In this document: piece by piece, positions 37,233-51,296 of the stretch | Layout of the letters: the number at the start of each line of letters is the position of its first letter | Numbering within the stretch: the stretch's first letter is position 1 | Source: Camelus ferus | Taxonomy: Eukaryota | Reading direction: 5' to 3' | Assembly (NCBI RefSeq): GCF_009834535.1 | Contig: NC_045697.1 | Span: 76,510,001-76,570,000 of the forward strand | DNA: 60,000 nucleotides | The notes under the pieces: generated by a model | Seen by the model: the letters and a program-made list of their open reading frames with translations, nothing else | Told to the model about the DNA's origin: nothing | Databases searched by the model: none | Made by a program: the position numbers and the translations under genes

Positions 37233-39374
37233 TGGCCTACATCCCCTTCATCCCCTACCCTTTCCTTGCGTCCAGTAGCCCTCTTGAGCCCTCTAGTTCT
37301 TTTTTGGACAATAGCTCATGGCTATGTCATGCCACCTCTAGCAATTGAGAGGAATTGCGCTTTTCTGGTTGTTTTTAAAAGGGTCAGGTTCTGGTGCCTA
37401 TTATGTTTATTGTAAAAATGGGCACCATATGCTAAGACTGGGATTAGGGTCACACGATAGTGCTGGTGAGACCTGTTATTGAGCAGCCTTCAAAGAGCAC
37501 GGGTGCAGGAGCTTGAAGGGAAGCAATGGGAAGAGCGGCTGTAACAGGGACAGGCACTGAGGGAAGCTGGGAGGCTCTGCTGGAAGGATTGGCAATGAAA
37601 ATTCACTAAGTTTCACTGTAGAAAAAGGGAGGACTTTTCCTTTTAAATCCCCTTTCCACATTCAAACTACTTTAAGACAAAAACCAGCCAATCAACCAAC
37701 TAATCAACCAGTATGGCTAAGAATGAAAAGGATTAACAGGACATCTCAGCGACTCCAGGACAGGTGTGCAGGGAGCTCCAGGGGGGGCTGGATGGGGGAC
37801 TCAGCAAGCCTCACAGCTCTTTCTCTTAACCTTGTTTTTCTACTTCTTTCTCTGCCACGTCGCACTGCTCTTTCTCTGGTGGACAGATTTCTCTGCTCCT
37901 CTGGGCACAGGGCATACGACTCCCTCACAGCTCCCAAGTTGATGTGTTAAATTTCTGGCTAAACAAAGAGACTCAACCCACTCTTTGTTCCAATTCCAAA
38001 TCTTGCAGCAGAGGATCTAATGGCTCTCAAGTCAGACACTTTTTTTGACCACAGGCAATTACTTTCTCTAAGGCACCAAAGCAGCTAGTTTTGTGTGCAG
38101 TTGGAAATTTTCTTTCCTTCAGATGTAGGACAATTTGGCTGCCAAATGCACTTGTGACAAGTGGGGTAACAAGGTGTGTGCTCATCCTCCTCCATCACCT
38201 TATTTTTACTATGATAAATTCATACTCAGTGAGCCAGTCGGAGCAGGACACTTACCATGGTTCTTCATTTACTGCTCTGATATGTGGCCACCAGTCAGAG
38301 AAATGACACAGGTTGGAGAACATACCATATTGTGACGGTCATTCATTGCAGACATAGAAGACGTGGTGTATGAGCCAGTTTGTATGCACGAGGGTGTGTG
38401 TTTAGCCACTACTTCAGTCTGTAACTTGCCGTTATACAAATTTAGATGCACAGCCCAGGTCTCCACAATTTGCTAGCTGTGAGACATCGGGTGAGTCCCA
38501 ACTTCTCTAAGACCCTGTTTACTAATCTGTAAAATGAGGGCTAAAAATGGTACTTATTATCATGAGAGGATTAAATAAAAGAATTCACCTGAAGTGTGAG
38601 CAAAACGATTGGCAGGTATAGCAATCACTCAAAGTACCTTAACCATGATTGTTTTAACTTTTGTTACTAAGGGACTAACCTTGGTGCCTCACTCATAGGA
38701 GGTGCAAGGGAAATATATATAATATAAATAACACAGGTGCTCTATGGCATTATTTTAAAAGGATCTCAATTTAGAATGAATTATCCCCAAATAAAAAATT
38801 TTTCAGATAATAATAAGTTTTCTGAAAAACTCCTCCACCGCTCACCACCATTTGCAGTCTGGTGGTGCAAAGGCATAGGGGTTAAAGTCTACAAGCTCCT
38901 GCTCTAGAGCCAAGGACAGAGTGAAAGGGGTGGGGAGAAAGCCCACTGCTAATTGGTGATTCCGCGGAAGGCTGGTTTAGAGATAAGAATTATTGAACCA
39001 GCTTTATTTTGCCCTACACCTAAGGTGATGAAACTGACAGATGTCATGATTTCCAGAAAGAGCAAGTGATAACCTCACTGTCCAGTCAACATTCCTTTTG
39101 TACAGGACAGAGAGCAAGTCCAAGGCTGCATGCAGGGGACTCCTGAATACATACAGGTTGTTCTCTCATCTCTGGCTGATTTGACTAGAGATTGCCCAGG
39201 AACTGGAAGGAAATTAGCATTTTTTGATGATCTACTATGTGCTTAGCACTGTACTGTGTGCTGTTTTCAATGCTGTAAGAAGAAATAAATCTATGATGTA
39301 GGTATGAGCTCCATTTTACAGATTAACAAAGATTAATGTAATAAGTAGCAAGAAGCAGAGTTAGAATTTTAAAA

Positions 39375-40170
39375 ATATTTTTATTATGACCTATACTACA
39401 AACAGTAAGTAATCATAAATACACATTTTAATAAATAATTATAAGGCAGACACCCATATAAGTACCATCAGGTCAGGAAATAAAACAAAGGCTCCTTATG
39501 TATCCCTTCACAATCACGGCCCTTACTTCCCTCTTAGAGGTAACCACTCCACTGACTTTCGTGGTAATCAATTCCTTGCTGCATTTTAAATTCATCAATC
39601 TCTAAACACTATAGGTTAGTTTTTTCTCAGCTTTTAACTTTATATAAATGGAAGCATATTATATGTATGCCAATTCTCCCCAAATTGATTTATCAATTCA
39701 GCAATCCCAAACAAAATTCCAAAAATTACTTTAAGAAGCTGATTCTAGAGTGTATACTGAAATACAAAGGGCCAAGAACTGGTGAGGCAGTCTAGAAGAA
39801 AAATAATAAAGTAGGAGAACCTGTCCTACCAGATACGAAAACTTATGACCCATACTGGTTAAGACGGTGCAGTATTGCTCCAGGGATGGACAGACAGAAC
39901 AATGGGACAGAATGGAGCCTGAAACAGACTCACACTCATGTGAATACTTGATAGATGACAAGATGACACTGTAGACCACTAGAGAAATTAACATTTTCAA
40001 TAAATGTTTCTTGGACAATCGGGTAATCTATTTGGGGAAAAAAAACCCATATACAGAAATCAATTCTAATTGGATTAAGTATTTAAATATGAAAGGCTAT
40101 AAAGCCTCTAGAAAATATATTGAAGTATTTCTTCATGACTTCAAGGTTGGGGAGGATTTTTTAAGACACA
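39375..40170. mobile_element. Old L1 with orientation switch (antisense 3' end, then sense ORF2 segment)
   Basis: 39375-39668 antisense L1ME-like 3' end; 39670-40170 sense ORF2 (ttctccccaaattgatttat..aagctgattcta..ttttcaataaatg). Confidence 0.7.
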
Positions 40171-40445
40171 AAAGCAGAAATAAAACTAGATTGGTTGGCC
40201 CCAAAGTCCATGCTGTTTTGACTGTAATATGATTTGGCAGAGGAACAAATCTCTCTGTCCTGTGGCATTCCTTGATCCTGCATTTATATTTCTGGAGGAA
40301 AAGAGGGAGAGAGAGACTTGATAAAAAACTTGGAACAGCCTTAGGAATAAGGCTATTCCTTAAAAACAAATACCATCAACTTTATGCACATGTAACTAAC
40401 TCCACAAAATAGTATTTCCCGACTGAATTGTGTGGACTGAATTTA

Positions 40446-40610
40446 CTTATTTATTTTTATTTTTTTTATTTTTAATTTTTTTTGAGGGGGAAGGTAATTA
40501 GGGGTTTTTTTCTTAAGAAATTTTTTTTTTTTAATATAGGTACTGGTGATTGAACCCAAGACCTCGTACATGCTAAGCATGTGCTCTACCACTGAGCTAT
40601 ACCCTCCCCA
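40446..40610 (-). mobile_element. Camelid SINE, long form, with TSD
   Basis: TSD tggactg(a/g)attta at 40433-40445 and 40612-40624; A and B boxes on - strand. Confidence 0.9.
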
Positions 40611-40811
40611 CTGGACTGGATTTAATTCTGCTCCCCAGCAGCTGAAGCTGGGTGGGGATGAGCACTGGCATGAGGTTCAAAAGGTTCTAGAGCTTGTCTC
40701 TGCTAGATACAGGGCCTAGGGTCCCCATATTTGAATGATTTGTCTTTGACTTGAGTTCACGGTGGACAATGCTATGCTTGTATAATAATGTACCAGCTGG
40801 GACAAATAGGC

Positions 40812-41319
40812 TATAGTGGACACTTCTGTGCCCTGCCCATGTCCCCTGGGACCTCACCATTCAAGCATGTGTGGAAGGCGTCCTCCTGCACGGACTGTGT
40901 ATCTGCCTGCAGGCTCACTCTTGGTCCAAGTATGGGGCCAGCCAGTGGTATTGGCAAGTGAATCCTCCAGAAACAGGCATCAGCTAATGTTGATTGGGAA
41001 TTGCAAGAGAAATAGACTTTAGCTTCCTTGTGCATTAGGGTGGGAAAAAAGAACTTTTATATACATTACCCCAATCCTGCTATTCGGTAAGTAGGAAAGT
41101 TATTGTTAGTCTACAGTGTTTTCTCACCGTCTCCCCAAGTCCCTGGTAGGATTGAGCACCAGGTGTCCAGAGTGATAACCCGCTTCATAACACATACTTG
41201 GTTAGCTGCCTTCTGTTCCCTTTCTTACTTCCCTGTTTCCCGGCTAGGACTCATTGAGATAAACTACTTGCACAAATGCTTTTATCCAGGTCTACTCCTG
41301 GGGAAACCAACTTAAGACA
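40812..41319 (+). mobile_element. LTR16-like ERVL solo LTR carrying a foreign 72-bp insert
   Basis: Ends ataaactacttgcac..ggtctactcctggggaaaccaacttaagaca, an LTR16-type 3' end. Confidence 0.75.
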
Positions 41320-41889
41320 GGGGAGGGAGGGGACACCTTGGAGATTAGGATTTAGGCAAAAAGCCAATGACTGTCCTGAGAAATGTGGAACCAGGGATTG
41401 GAGGTCTATAACCCCGGCTCTGTGAGGACAGCAGAGGAACTGTGGTTAGAGAATGTCTACTCCCAAGCAGGAGACCCAGAATTAGCTAGGCTTTGCAGAA
41501 ATTTCCATAAGGACTGATCCAAGGACACACGGAGACTGTGACAGCAAGTAGTCATGATGATCTCAGACAGAGAAAAGGAGAAAGCAGCAGCTGGGCCATC
41601 CCAGGGATGATCTGGGGGAGTAATTCAGATTGCCAGGCAGCTCAGCTGTGATCTCATCCCTTTTTATACACATCCCTGTCAGGTGGACATCTTGGTGCTC
41701 TCAGCAACATCCCTTCCATGCTACATCCTTCTGGATTCACAAAAGCAGTTCCCAGTCGCCACTCTGCCAGGGTGTCTTCCACACCCAGTGGGAAAAGGAA
41801 GGATCAGGCAGGCTCCCTGCTTGATGGCCAGGAGTGCAAGCAGAGAGGGTCATCCTGGCAGCCACATCTACTCACACTTACTGAAGAGG

Positions 41890-42470
41890 ATATTAGTCTT
41901 CTTCGACTGCAAGTAATAGAAGCAAGTAACTTGAACTAACACGAAGGGAAAGGGGGTTGGGGGTGGCAGAGACATATCATGGAATCCAAGAGCAGGAATC
42001 AGCTAAGCTCAATGAGTGACTGGAAGAAGGAACTAGAAGGCCCCAGGGTTCACTCTCTTTTCGTGTTTTTCTGCCATTATCTGCACAGCTGCTTCAGTCT
42101 GCTGACACATGTCTCTGCCCCTTTGTGCACAGGTACATGACAGTGTGCCTCCTTTTCACATTCTGTGACATTTTCTAGACAGGCTCTTTAACATATTTAC
42201 AAGTTATATTGCCTGAATTTATAAGTTATATTTCTAGCAACATAAAGAGTTTTGAATCACCACCTAATGGTTTCAAATATTGAAAGATGAGTGACTGACA
42301 TAGCTGGGTATACACCCCTGGTCCACTTACTTACAGCTAGTGGGCTAAGTTCACAGAACACCAACATGGCTACAAGGGAGCAAACTGTGTCAAGGAAATC
42401 TCCCAGAGAAGGTGAAGGGAGGTCATTGGCTTATACCCTGGACAGATCCACCTAAACACGTCTACTTCAG
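41890..42470 (-). mobile_element. Old MaLR MLT1 (J/K/L-like) LTR
   Basis: tattagtcttcttcgactgcaagtaatagaa at one end, acacgtctacttca at the other. Confidence 0.55.
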
Positions 42471-43904
42471 AGGGGGCTATATGAGCATGGGCACATCCCT
42501 TAACCTTCCTAGGTTTCCATTTTTTCCTAAATAACAAGAGTGGTTGGGACTAAACACTTTTTGCGGTCAGTTCCAGCTTCAGTTTGAGCATCTATAAGGT
42601 CAGTGGCCCTCCTTTTCACATTCTATGACATTTTCTAGATCCCAACCACCATTTCTGGTGACTATGAGGGGGACATTTTACAGAAGAGCTGCCACCTTTT
42701 AGCCAAGACTCCCCTTCCTCTCCAATTGGTCAGCATTATTTTCCTTCTGGAAACTGGGAGCAGACTAGGGAAACTAGGAAGGTGGCTCCGGGGACAGGGC
42801 AGGACGGGGCAGGCAGCCTGGTTTGAGCCCTTCTGCCTCTTTCAGTCCCTGACATCGTGTAGGAAGCAGGCGGATGATTAGAATTGATGGACCGCACTTG
42901 CTGGTGAGCTTTTCCCTTCCTTGCAGCAAGTCTTACCTTCCTGCCAGGTGACAATAGATGGTTCATCCGCTTTCACTCTGAACTTGACCCTGGATAATAG
43001 GAGCAGGTAGAAAGTGGATAAATAACCTTTTCCTCAGTTGACCTCTCTCCTGGCTCTTCCCAGCCCGGTCAGTTATTTATTCACTTACATGCCCTAACGT
43101 ACATCAGATTGTTTTCAAACACTGCTCACATCTAAGTCACATCACACTTGGCGCTGCTCGCACCCTGGTGCAGCTCCAGTACCACGTCTCCCCCGTCCGT
43201 CAAGCTTGGAGAAGCGTGTAGGGCACCGGAGCCCCTCCCACTCCCCGGATGGCTCCGCCCACCCCTGGATCCCGGTGCTACCCCAGGTTCCTCCCACCCC
43301 AACCAGCAGCTTCTGTCTTTTCTGGGAAATCATTTCAGCGAGTACAACCACCGCTGGCCTTCCAGATCAGAAAGTCACACGTTGCTGTGTCCCAGGATTT
43401 CCCCCAGAATTCCTGGGCCTCGCGACTGTCAGAGAATCCCTCCTGGCGCGGATGGATGAACACAGGTCCCATTTCCAAGCCCCGTGTCTGGCAACTGTTG
43501 TTAACAATAGTAATAGCAGCATACTTATAGGGCACTTCCAACTTTCACCCACTTGCCCTCTTCTAATTTTCTCAAACAACCCATGTCAGATAGAGAGATT
43601 TTATGGGTGAAGACCCCTGCCCAAGGGCTCACAGTCAGCTAGAGGTGGCAGTGGATTCCGGCTACAGAAGAGGCTGCAGATCCTCAAGATTCTCAAGGCA
43701 GTGAGCTTTCAACTTGACTCCACTCCCTGCTAATAAGCACCCAGTAGTCATTCTCTTCTCTCACATCCTCTGATCTCCCACCTCTCAGTGCAATCAAGGT
43801 TGGAGCAGGAGGAAAGCAGACTTTTTAACAATGTGTGAGGAGACAGACTCTGGAGTGACTGGAGAAAGAAAGGGAAAGCAGTTACTCTGGGGACCCACCT
43901 ATTC

Positions 43905-43942
43905 CACACACACAGACACACACACACACACACACACACACA
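43905..43942. repeat. (CA)n microsatellite
   Basis: Direct observation. Confidence 0.95.
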
Positions 43943-44999
43943 CGAATAATGTGTGAATTACGTTGCTCTAACTACAGCTTGCTACTAATTGTCAACATAG
44001 TTATTTCTAAATAAACATTTTTTTTTAAATTAAGAGCTTTTACAAACGGGTTTTCACATGGTAGAATTCTTCAATCTTTTCTTCTTTGACTTCTGTATTG
44101 TGTAACACATTTAGAAAACTTCCTGCACTTTATGATTATATATATATATATGTATATATATATTTAAATTATCCCATAATTTTTTTCTAGTTTTTTTTTT
44201 TTTAACACTTTAATCTTTTACCTAAGGGAATTTAACCAAGTATGAAGTGTGGACTATGGTTCTAACTTCATTTTCCTCCAGAAGGCTGCCTAGTTAAGAA
44301 ATAACCCACCACTTATGAACAGTTTAAAGACCAGATGTGTGGGGTCCTATAGTTTGTAAGTGAGTTTTTGCCTGTGTCTTGCTAGCCGTGTTTTATATTA
44401 TTGCTAGGGGAGAGTAAAAAGAAAGGTTTACGTACATGAACTACTCAGGAAAAAAATTTGTTCAATATGCTTCGATATATTCATAGTTATCAAATTGTGC
44501 CTTTAGTGAGAAAATGGAGTGAGGACACAAGAATGAATAGTAACATTTCATTAAAGTAGTTAAGATGGCAGAAGTAGTGGTTAGCATATATGAAAAGTCA
44601 GCAGGAATTTTAAACCCTTAAAAAATGATATTTGGCGCTTTCTTCTGAGAGTCAGAGTAAGACAAACTGACAAATCAAGCAGAACAGCAGGACAGATAAG
44701 AGGCTGGGGAAGAAGTTGAACTCTTGGAGGGAGGCAGTTTTGTAACGGCTTTCTTAGGTCAAAATGTGGTGGTTAAGGCCAATTCTGTTATTTTGGTGGG
44801 CTCAAAAATGCTCAGTTCCCTGCCTCATATGGATATTCATAGAAATGGAGAGAATAAAATTGAATTGGTGACGTAAGAGGGTGAAACGCTCTACCCCTTA
44901 CATTCTCCTTCATTTGAGATATGTTCTCTTAGTTGTCTTTAAATATAATTATAAGTAACCTGGAGACTGCATTCCTTTTCAGTTCTACAATCGATTTTT

Positions 45000-45067
45000 T
45001 CCTATTTATTTATTGACGTATAGTCAGTTTACAATGTTGTGTCAATTTCTGGTGTACTGTATAATGT
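45000..45067 (-). mobile_element. Short lineage-specific L1 tail with 14-bp TSD
   Basis: TSD tacaat(c/t)gattttt at 44986-44999 and 45068-45081. Confidence 0.8.
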
Positions 45068-45886
45068 TACAATTGATTTTTACCGTTTATTTAATATTTG
45101 ATTACACTAAATGATTTTTAGAAAAGGAGTGAGGAGCAATCTTTGGGCAAATAAAGGCAACAAGGAGTGGCCTTGACACCCTTGTAATCCCCACGAGTCC
45201 TGCAGAGACAACTCCAAGCTCCAAAAATCTAAGGAAAAGCAAGGTGCTTACCTTGCAAAAACTTCTCCAAGATCGGGACCCTAATTCTCAGCAATCTGAT
45301 TGGGATCGCTGCCCCTTCAACCCTGCACCTGGAAAATGGTGTTTCTATATCTCTATTTGATATATATAATTCTAAAGTTATGTGACCATATTTTCCTAAT
45401 TATGCCAATGCCCAGGGGGGGAAAAAAAGCAGATATTTTAATGAGATCAACACTCAAACTGTTCTGAATAGGATAAGAAGAATGTTGTAGTGAAAGTATT
45501 TTTCTTGTTATCCATTTATGTGTTCACATTCATACACCAAGGAGTGACTATGTGCTTGTTAGAAAATGTTAGCTTGCAAAAATAGAAAACCCAATTCAAA
45601 TTAGATTAATGAACAAAAAGGATTTATTGGCTTATTTAACTGAAATGTCCAGAGGGAGAGCAGGCTTTAGGGTTGATTTTTTTCAGTGGTTCAACAGTGT
45701 GCTTCTCTTCATAGAGGTATTACTTTTATCCTCACACTGGCTGAGTGTCTATAGAAGTTTTAGATTCACCTCTCAAAGCAGGAGAGCTCTTCTGTTCCAG
45801 CATTCACTCTGCTGGGAACAGCTTAAGCCAATAGTCCATGGACTGTGGGCCAAGGAATGGAAAATGCTGACTGACTACATCGACAA

Positions 45887-45890
<4 letters not shown>

Positions 45891-45919
<29 letters not shown>
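45891..45919. repeat. (TG)n microsatellite within an old MLT1-like LTR
   Basis: Direct observation. Confidence 0.9.
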
Positions 45920-45921
<2 letters not shown>

Positions 45922-46490
45922 GGGTATCTATTTGAAAATCCAGCACAGTGAAGATGAGGGTAGGAGAAAGACATGCTGGGTGAGCAGACAACAAACATCT
46001 AGTGTAGAAAGTGTTTTCCACTCCATAGGAGATAAAAATATGAATCAGAGCAACTAGTGCTCTCCAGGACCTCAAAGAGAAATAGCAGAGATAACATCTG
46101 TCCCCAGAATACCTACACGTCAATGTGCTTTCAGTATGACCTGAATTTGATGCTGTTATCCAAGTCTCAAGAGAGACAACCATGTTACATGTAACGTGGG
46201 CACTGCCACCCTGGAATCACAGCACTTACATAATGAAAACACACACACACAAACAAACAAATGTAAAGAAAGCATTGGATAAGAAGAGGAAAAAGCCAGA
46301 ACAGCTAAGATGCTAATTCCTTTTGCTTGACTGTATACGTTCATTGTTTGTTAGTAATAAGTTTCTCATTCTCCATTGAAGAAAAGAAAATGAAACATTA
46401 TATTCTTCCTTCCTAGAGCTCTTTTATTTTAGGATATTCCCAGGTATTTTAGGGGTTCATTTGACTTATCTCTCACTTGGAAACTATCAC

Positions 46491-46973
46491 TGTAGTGGAC
46501 TGAATAACGGCCCCCAGGAGATGTCCTGTCCAAATCCCTGGAACTGTGAACGTTACCTTATATCCAAAGGGACTTTGCAGATGTGACTAAATTAAGGATT
46601 TTGAGATGGAGAGATTATCCTGGATGATCCAACTGGGTCTGATGTAATCACAAGGGTCCTAATAAGAGGGAGGCAAGAAGGTCAAGGAAGGAGGAGAAGG
46701 GATGACAGATATAGAAGTTGGAGGGAGGCACTTTCAAGGTGGAGGAAGTGGACCAGGAGCCAAGCAATGCAGGTGGTCTCCAAAAGCTGGAGAAGACAAG
46801 GAAACAGATTCTCCCCAAGAGCCTGCAGAAGGAACCAGCCCTGCCAATACCTTACTTTTTAACCCCTTAGGATTCACCTTAGACTTCTGACCTCCAGAAT
46901 GCTAAGAGAATGAATTTGTGTTTTAAGCCACTACATTTGTGATAATTTGTTATTGCAGCAAAGGAAACTGACA
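46491..46973 (+). mobile_element. MLT1D-like MaLR solo LTR
   Basis: tgtagtggactgaataacggccccc..gggactttgcagatgtgactaaattaagg..ggaaacagattctccccaagagcct..gcagcaaaggaaactgaca. Confidence 0.9.
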
Positions 46974-49900
46974 ATCCGAGCACCCCTTCCCCTGCTTCCA
47001 AACTCACCTCTTTGCTCTCTACCTTGTAGTCACCTTAGAGAGATCTTTATATAAAGCAAATCTGTTTGCTTAAAGCTCTTCACAGCCCCCTCAGAGTTTA
47101 GAAGATAATGTCCAAATTTCGTTATCAATTGCCTTGGTCTCCCTTCACCACCCACACCTCTCTCCCTCCTCTTGCCCTCTCTTCCCTTTCTCTTTCCTTT
47201 CATTGGTTCTCACTCTAGACCTCGGGCTTTTGCAGTGCTCTTCCTTTGTCTGGAAGGGGGTGTCTCCCTTTGCTCTCTGGTAAATATTTTTCTTCCAATG
47301 TCTTCTGGACTCTGAAGATGTCAGTTCTGCCCTGGACAGAGGTGACTGCTCCCTTTTCAATGTTTCCAACACACTCCCTATGCACCTTGATGATACAGAG
47401 CACGCATTGCCCTGTGTTGTTGTGCCGGTCACATCTGCTTCTCCCCGCAGGCACTGATCCTGGGCAGCAACACCTGAAGAGTCCAGGAAATATTTGCCAA
47501 GGCATTGATGGTCCTGCCTGTGTCACCCATCCTACCTCCCAGTCTCCAGGGAGCCATGCCTTCTCTCTTTCCCCATGTAGCATAGTGCAGATGGGCTTTA
47601 AATGGTTCCTCTGAGTTGGCATTTACCAGACAGACCTACATCTTCATAGGTTTTAATAGCCCATAAGTCATAGGCTTTCAAGCCAGAGAAAAGCTCCAGG
47701 AGAGGCAGGGGTGGGAGGCTGGTCAAAGGGTGCTCTTCGTTTGAGTGCAACCCTTGTACATATGGACACAAACACAGGAAGAGCAAGCCCAGCATGGGAA
47801 TATTTTTAGAAGAAAAGAGACAAGAAATCCAAATCACTGGAAGCTACAGTTAACCTGTAGCCTTTAACTAATGATTTCAAAGTACTTTGGAGAAAACTCC
47901 TACACGAAGATGGTACTTCTCTCATTACTGTTTCTCTGCCTTCCCAGGCTCCTGTTCCCCACTCCCTCATGTCTGCTTCCTGGGATTACCCCCTAAACAA
48001 ACTATCTGCCCTCAGGTTCTTCTCTCATGCTCTATTTTTAGGAAAACTCAAGCTAAAGCATTGTTTAAAACCACATGGTTACACACTGAGGAAGCTCAAG
48101 ACTTTTATGGCTTAATTATGGGGATGGAGCTGAGAAACTTTCCCTGCCCCTTCATTCTGAAGCCTCACTGCTTTTTCTAATCATCTGGTAACTCTGAGAA
48201 TTCCCTGCTTCTCTTTCCCCCAGCTGGCAGGGACTCCCTCTCGAGGGGCCATGTCAGCATGCACCCCCAAGTTATAACACCCAGAATCAAGCCAGATCAG
48301 ATATAACACTATGGTAGGATTAGCTAATGCAAACATGCCATTTAAAAAAAAAAAAAAGACTGTTTTCTATCACTCTTGACCTGTGACGCTTTCAAGGAGA
48401 CACATGGAAACAATCACAATGAAAGGATTTCATGCACTTTTGGAGCAAAGCTTATTTATTCAAATTATCTTTATATTTGGATCCCATCACATTAGAGGAC
48501 TTTAGAGAAACTCTTAGGTTTCATTTTCAGAGCTATAGATTTTTTAATTTAATAATTTATTATTATTATTATTAGGTAGAAATAAATTGACTCAGTTTGA
48601 GGGCTTAATTATAATTTTGTATTATTCACTGGAGATTTTTCCTATTGAATATGTAAATTGATTCTTTTGTTTGAGGATCCCAAAGCAGTTCTTGGTAACA
48701 ATGATAAATCTTCACATTTTCATGGAAATGCCAATTACATATAAATTACCAGCTATAGAGGCTTTACTCTTCATTCAAATGTATCAGAACCATCTTGATT
48801 TTTTTGAGTTTTACTTCCATAACTTTTGAATATCAGAGAAAAATCATCGTCTTGCTCCTTTTAAAGCCGATGCACCAGGACCTCAGTGGTTAGAGAAAAG
48901 AGGATTAAATTAACCTCGAGTTGTCATGCATCGGACTATGGGCTCCAAGAGCTGGGAAGGTCCTGATTTTCTGAAGAAGGGATTTTGGCTCTTGACTCAT
49001 AAGAGTCATGTGTAGTCTCAACCTGGCACTCTTTGACCTGCATAAGGGTAAGAAAACACTTAGCTCACTTGTTGGCCACAGAAACAATTGACCCTCATAT
49101 TTTCTCATTAAGGCTTGATATATAAGCATAGCGTGTCTCTGAGTGTTTCTGTAGAAATAGGAGATTCTCTACCCTCCCAAATCCATTATAGGTCTGAAGC
49201 TGAGCCACTCCATGGGTACAACCATGGTGCCTGGAATCAAACACACATTGACCGCAGACCAGGAGGAAGGAGTTTGGGCTGCTTCTGCATTCTTCATATA
49301 TGTTTGTCAAATATGAATATACTATTATCAATCCACATACCTTAAAAGGTATTTTTTTTACTGTGTATAAATTATACTTCACATATAATTAAACTTGAAT
49401 TAAAAAAATAGATTCTTGGGAACAGGTTTCTATGAGGAAAACCTGGAATAAATGAGTTTCTTTAATTTAGAAAAGATAAATTTGGAAACAGTTTATTAAT
49501 ATTGGAAACCCAAATGCCGATTTTCCCCTCCACCGTAAGGGTCACTCTGTACCATTATATTTTGTAAAAAGGGAAAAACTTAGATTCAACCATGAGTAAT
49601 TTACTTGGCTTCAGGATGGGGTGTGGTGGGCTTTGGCATGCCATTCCAGAAGACCCACAGAGGACAGTTACTGGTCCACCCAAGTCCATTCTTTTTAAAG
49701 GACTCTTTGCCAGGGTGACTTGTGCAGATACGCTTGTTTATTCTTTTTAAGTGTCCATGAGGTACCTGCTGGAAGATAAACACACGCACACACACACACA
49801 TGCGCGCACACACATTCACACACTCTTACATGCATCTCCCAAGGACCAATATAAATTCTCAGAAATTATATGCACTTAACACATAAAAAGGACGATAATC

Positions 49901-50144
49901 ATTTCTCTAATTGAATTCTAATTACAAGGTTTAATCTGTCCACAATAAAATTGGTTCTTAATTGCTCCATTACTGACCCCTCTAATGGCAGCTCCCTTAG
50001 CTACATGAACACCCCTCTTATTTCAAATCTTTAAGCCAATGTTTCTCATAATATGATCCTCAGAGTACCTGTATCAGAATTATCTAAGATGATTGTTAAA
50101 AATGCAGATATCTGAAAATGAATTTCTAAGGGCAGACTTCAGGA

Positions 50145-50592
50145 TATAATAGGGAAGAAAAAGTCTTGCTCTATGTTAGACCTGTTTCTTTTACCTTTGT
50201 ATTCTATTGGTTGGTAATCATAAAAGGGATGTTGCCTAGGAGCTTAAATTGTACATAGTGGCCCATCTCTGGGAACCCTGCCTCCCAGGTAATGAGCATT
50301 AAGCTAAAATACCTTTCTTTAGCTCACAGGAAACATTCTGACCAGGCCCACCTGTGAATGGCTGCAGGGAGGAGGAAATTAACACATCTCTCTGGAGTCT
50401 GGCCAGGACTTTACCCCTTCCCTTTTTAGTATAAAAGAAGACTGCATTCAAACTTGGAGAGCATGGTTCTCTAGAACATTAGTCCACCATCTTCTTGGTC
50501 TACTGGCTTTCTGAATAAAATCATTGTTCCTTGCCCCAAAACCTCGTCTCCCAATTTATTGGCCTGTTGTGCATAGCACAGAACGAGTAACA
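50145..50592 (+). mobile_element. ERV1-class solo LTR inserted into a MER5-like element (50037-50656)
   Basis: TATA (gtataaaag ~50429), AATAAA (~50514), CA end at 50592; 4-bp TSD agga/aaga; MER5 halves on both sides. Confidence 0.8.
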
Positions 50593-51296
50593 AAGAATCT
50601 GCATATTTTAAAAGTCTCCAGGTGATTATTATACCATCAGAATTTGAGAAAACCTGTTTTAACTGCTGTTATGAAAGGATTAATTCTTTTTTCTGTTTGT
50701 ACAGGATACAAAACAAGAGCAAACTCTCCCTGCTACATTTTAATTTTGGAGGTTATCAGTCCTAGGAATGGATTGAAACCTTGAGTAGTTCATATATTCT
50801 AAAGATTCTTAATAGAGATCAATGTCCATCTTTCTGAAGTGGTATGAGGGGGCAAAGCATTAAGGGATGGCACACAACCACCCACCCATGTCTGTATATA
50901 AGGCATTAGGCTAAGGCACCGTGATCAATGATTTGTGTTAGTGGATTCTTCCTTCTATCCATCTTTCCTTCCTTCCTTCCCTCTTTTCTTCCATTTAAGA
51001 AATTTCTATGTAACCGTGTATAAATTTGAATTAACGAAACACTAAGTTTGTAATATAGCCTCATCTTTGGCTCATGCATGGCCTTTTATTTCACTCAGTT
51101 ATTTAATTTGATATATTTAAATAATGCAATAAGTACCAGAAAACATAACCCTTAAATGAAAAGCTAGGACTTTGACAGTAAATGACAATTGACCGCATGG
51201 TACCTCCTATCCAACCATCCTTTGTCATCCCTCACCAGCCTCCTGTATTCATCATTACCTTGTTTTGCTTTCTGGGGTTAATGAAAAATATTGCCG

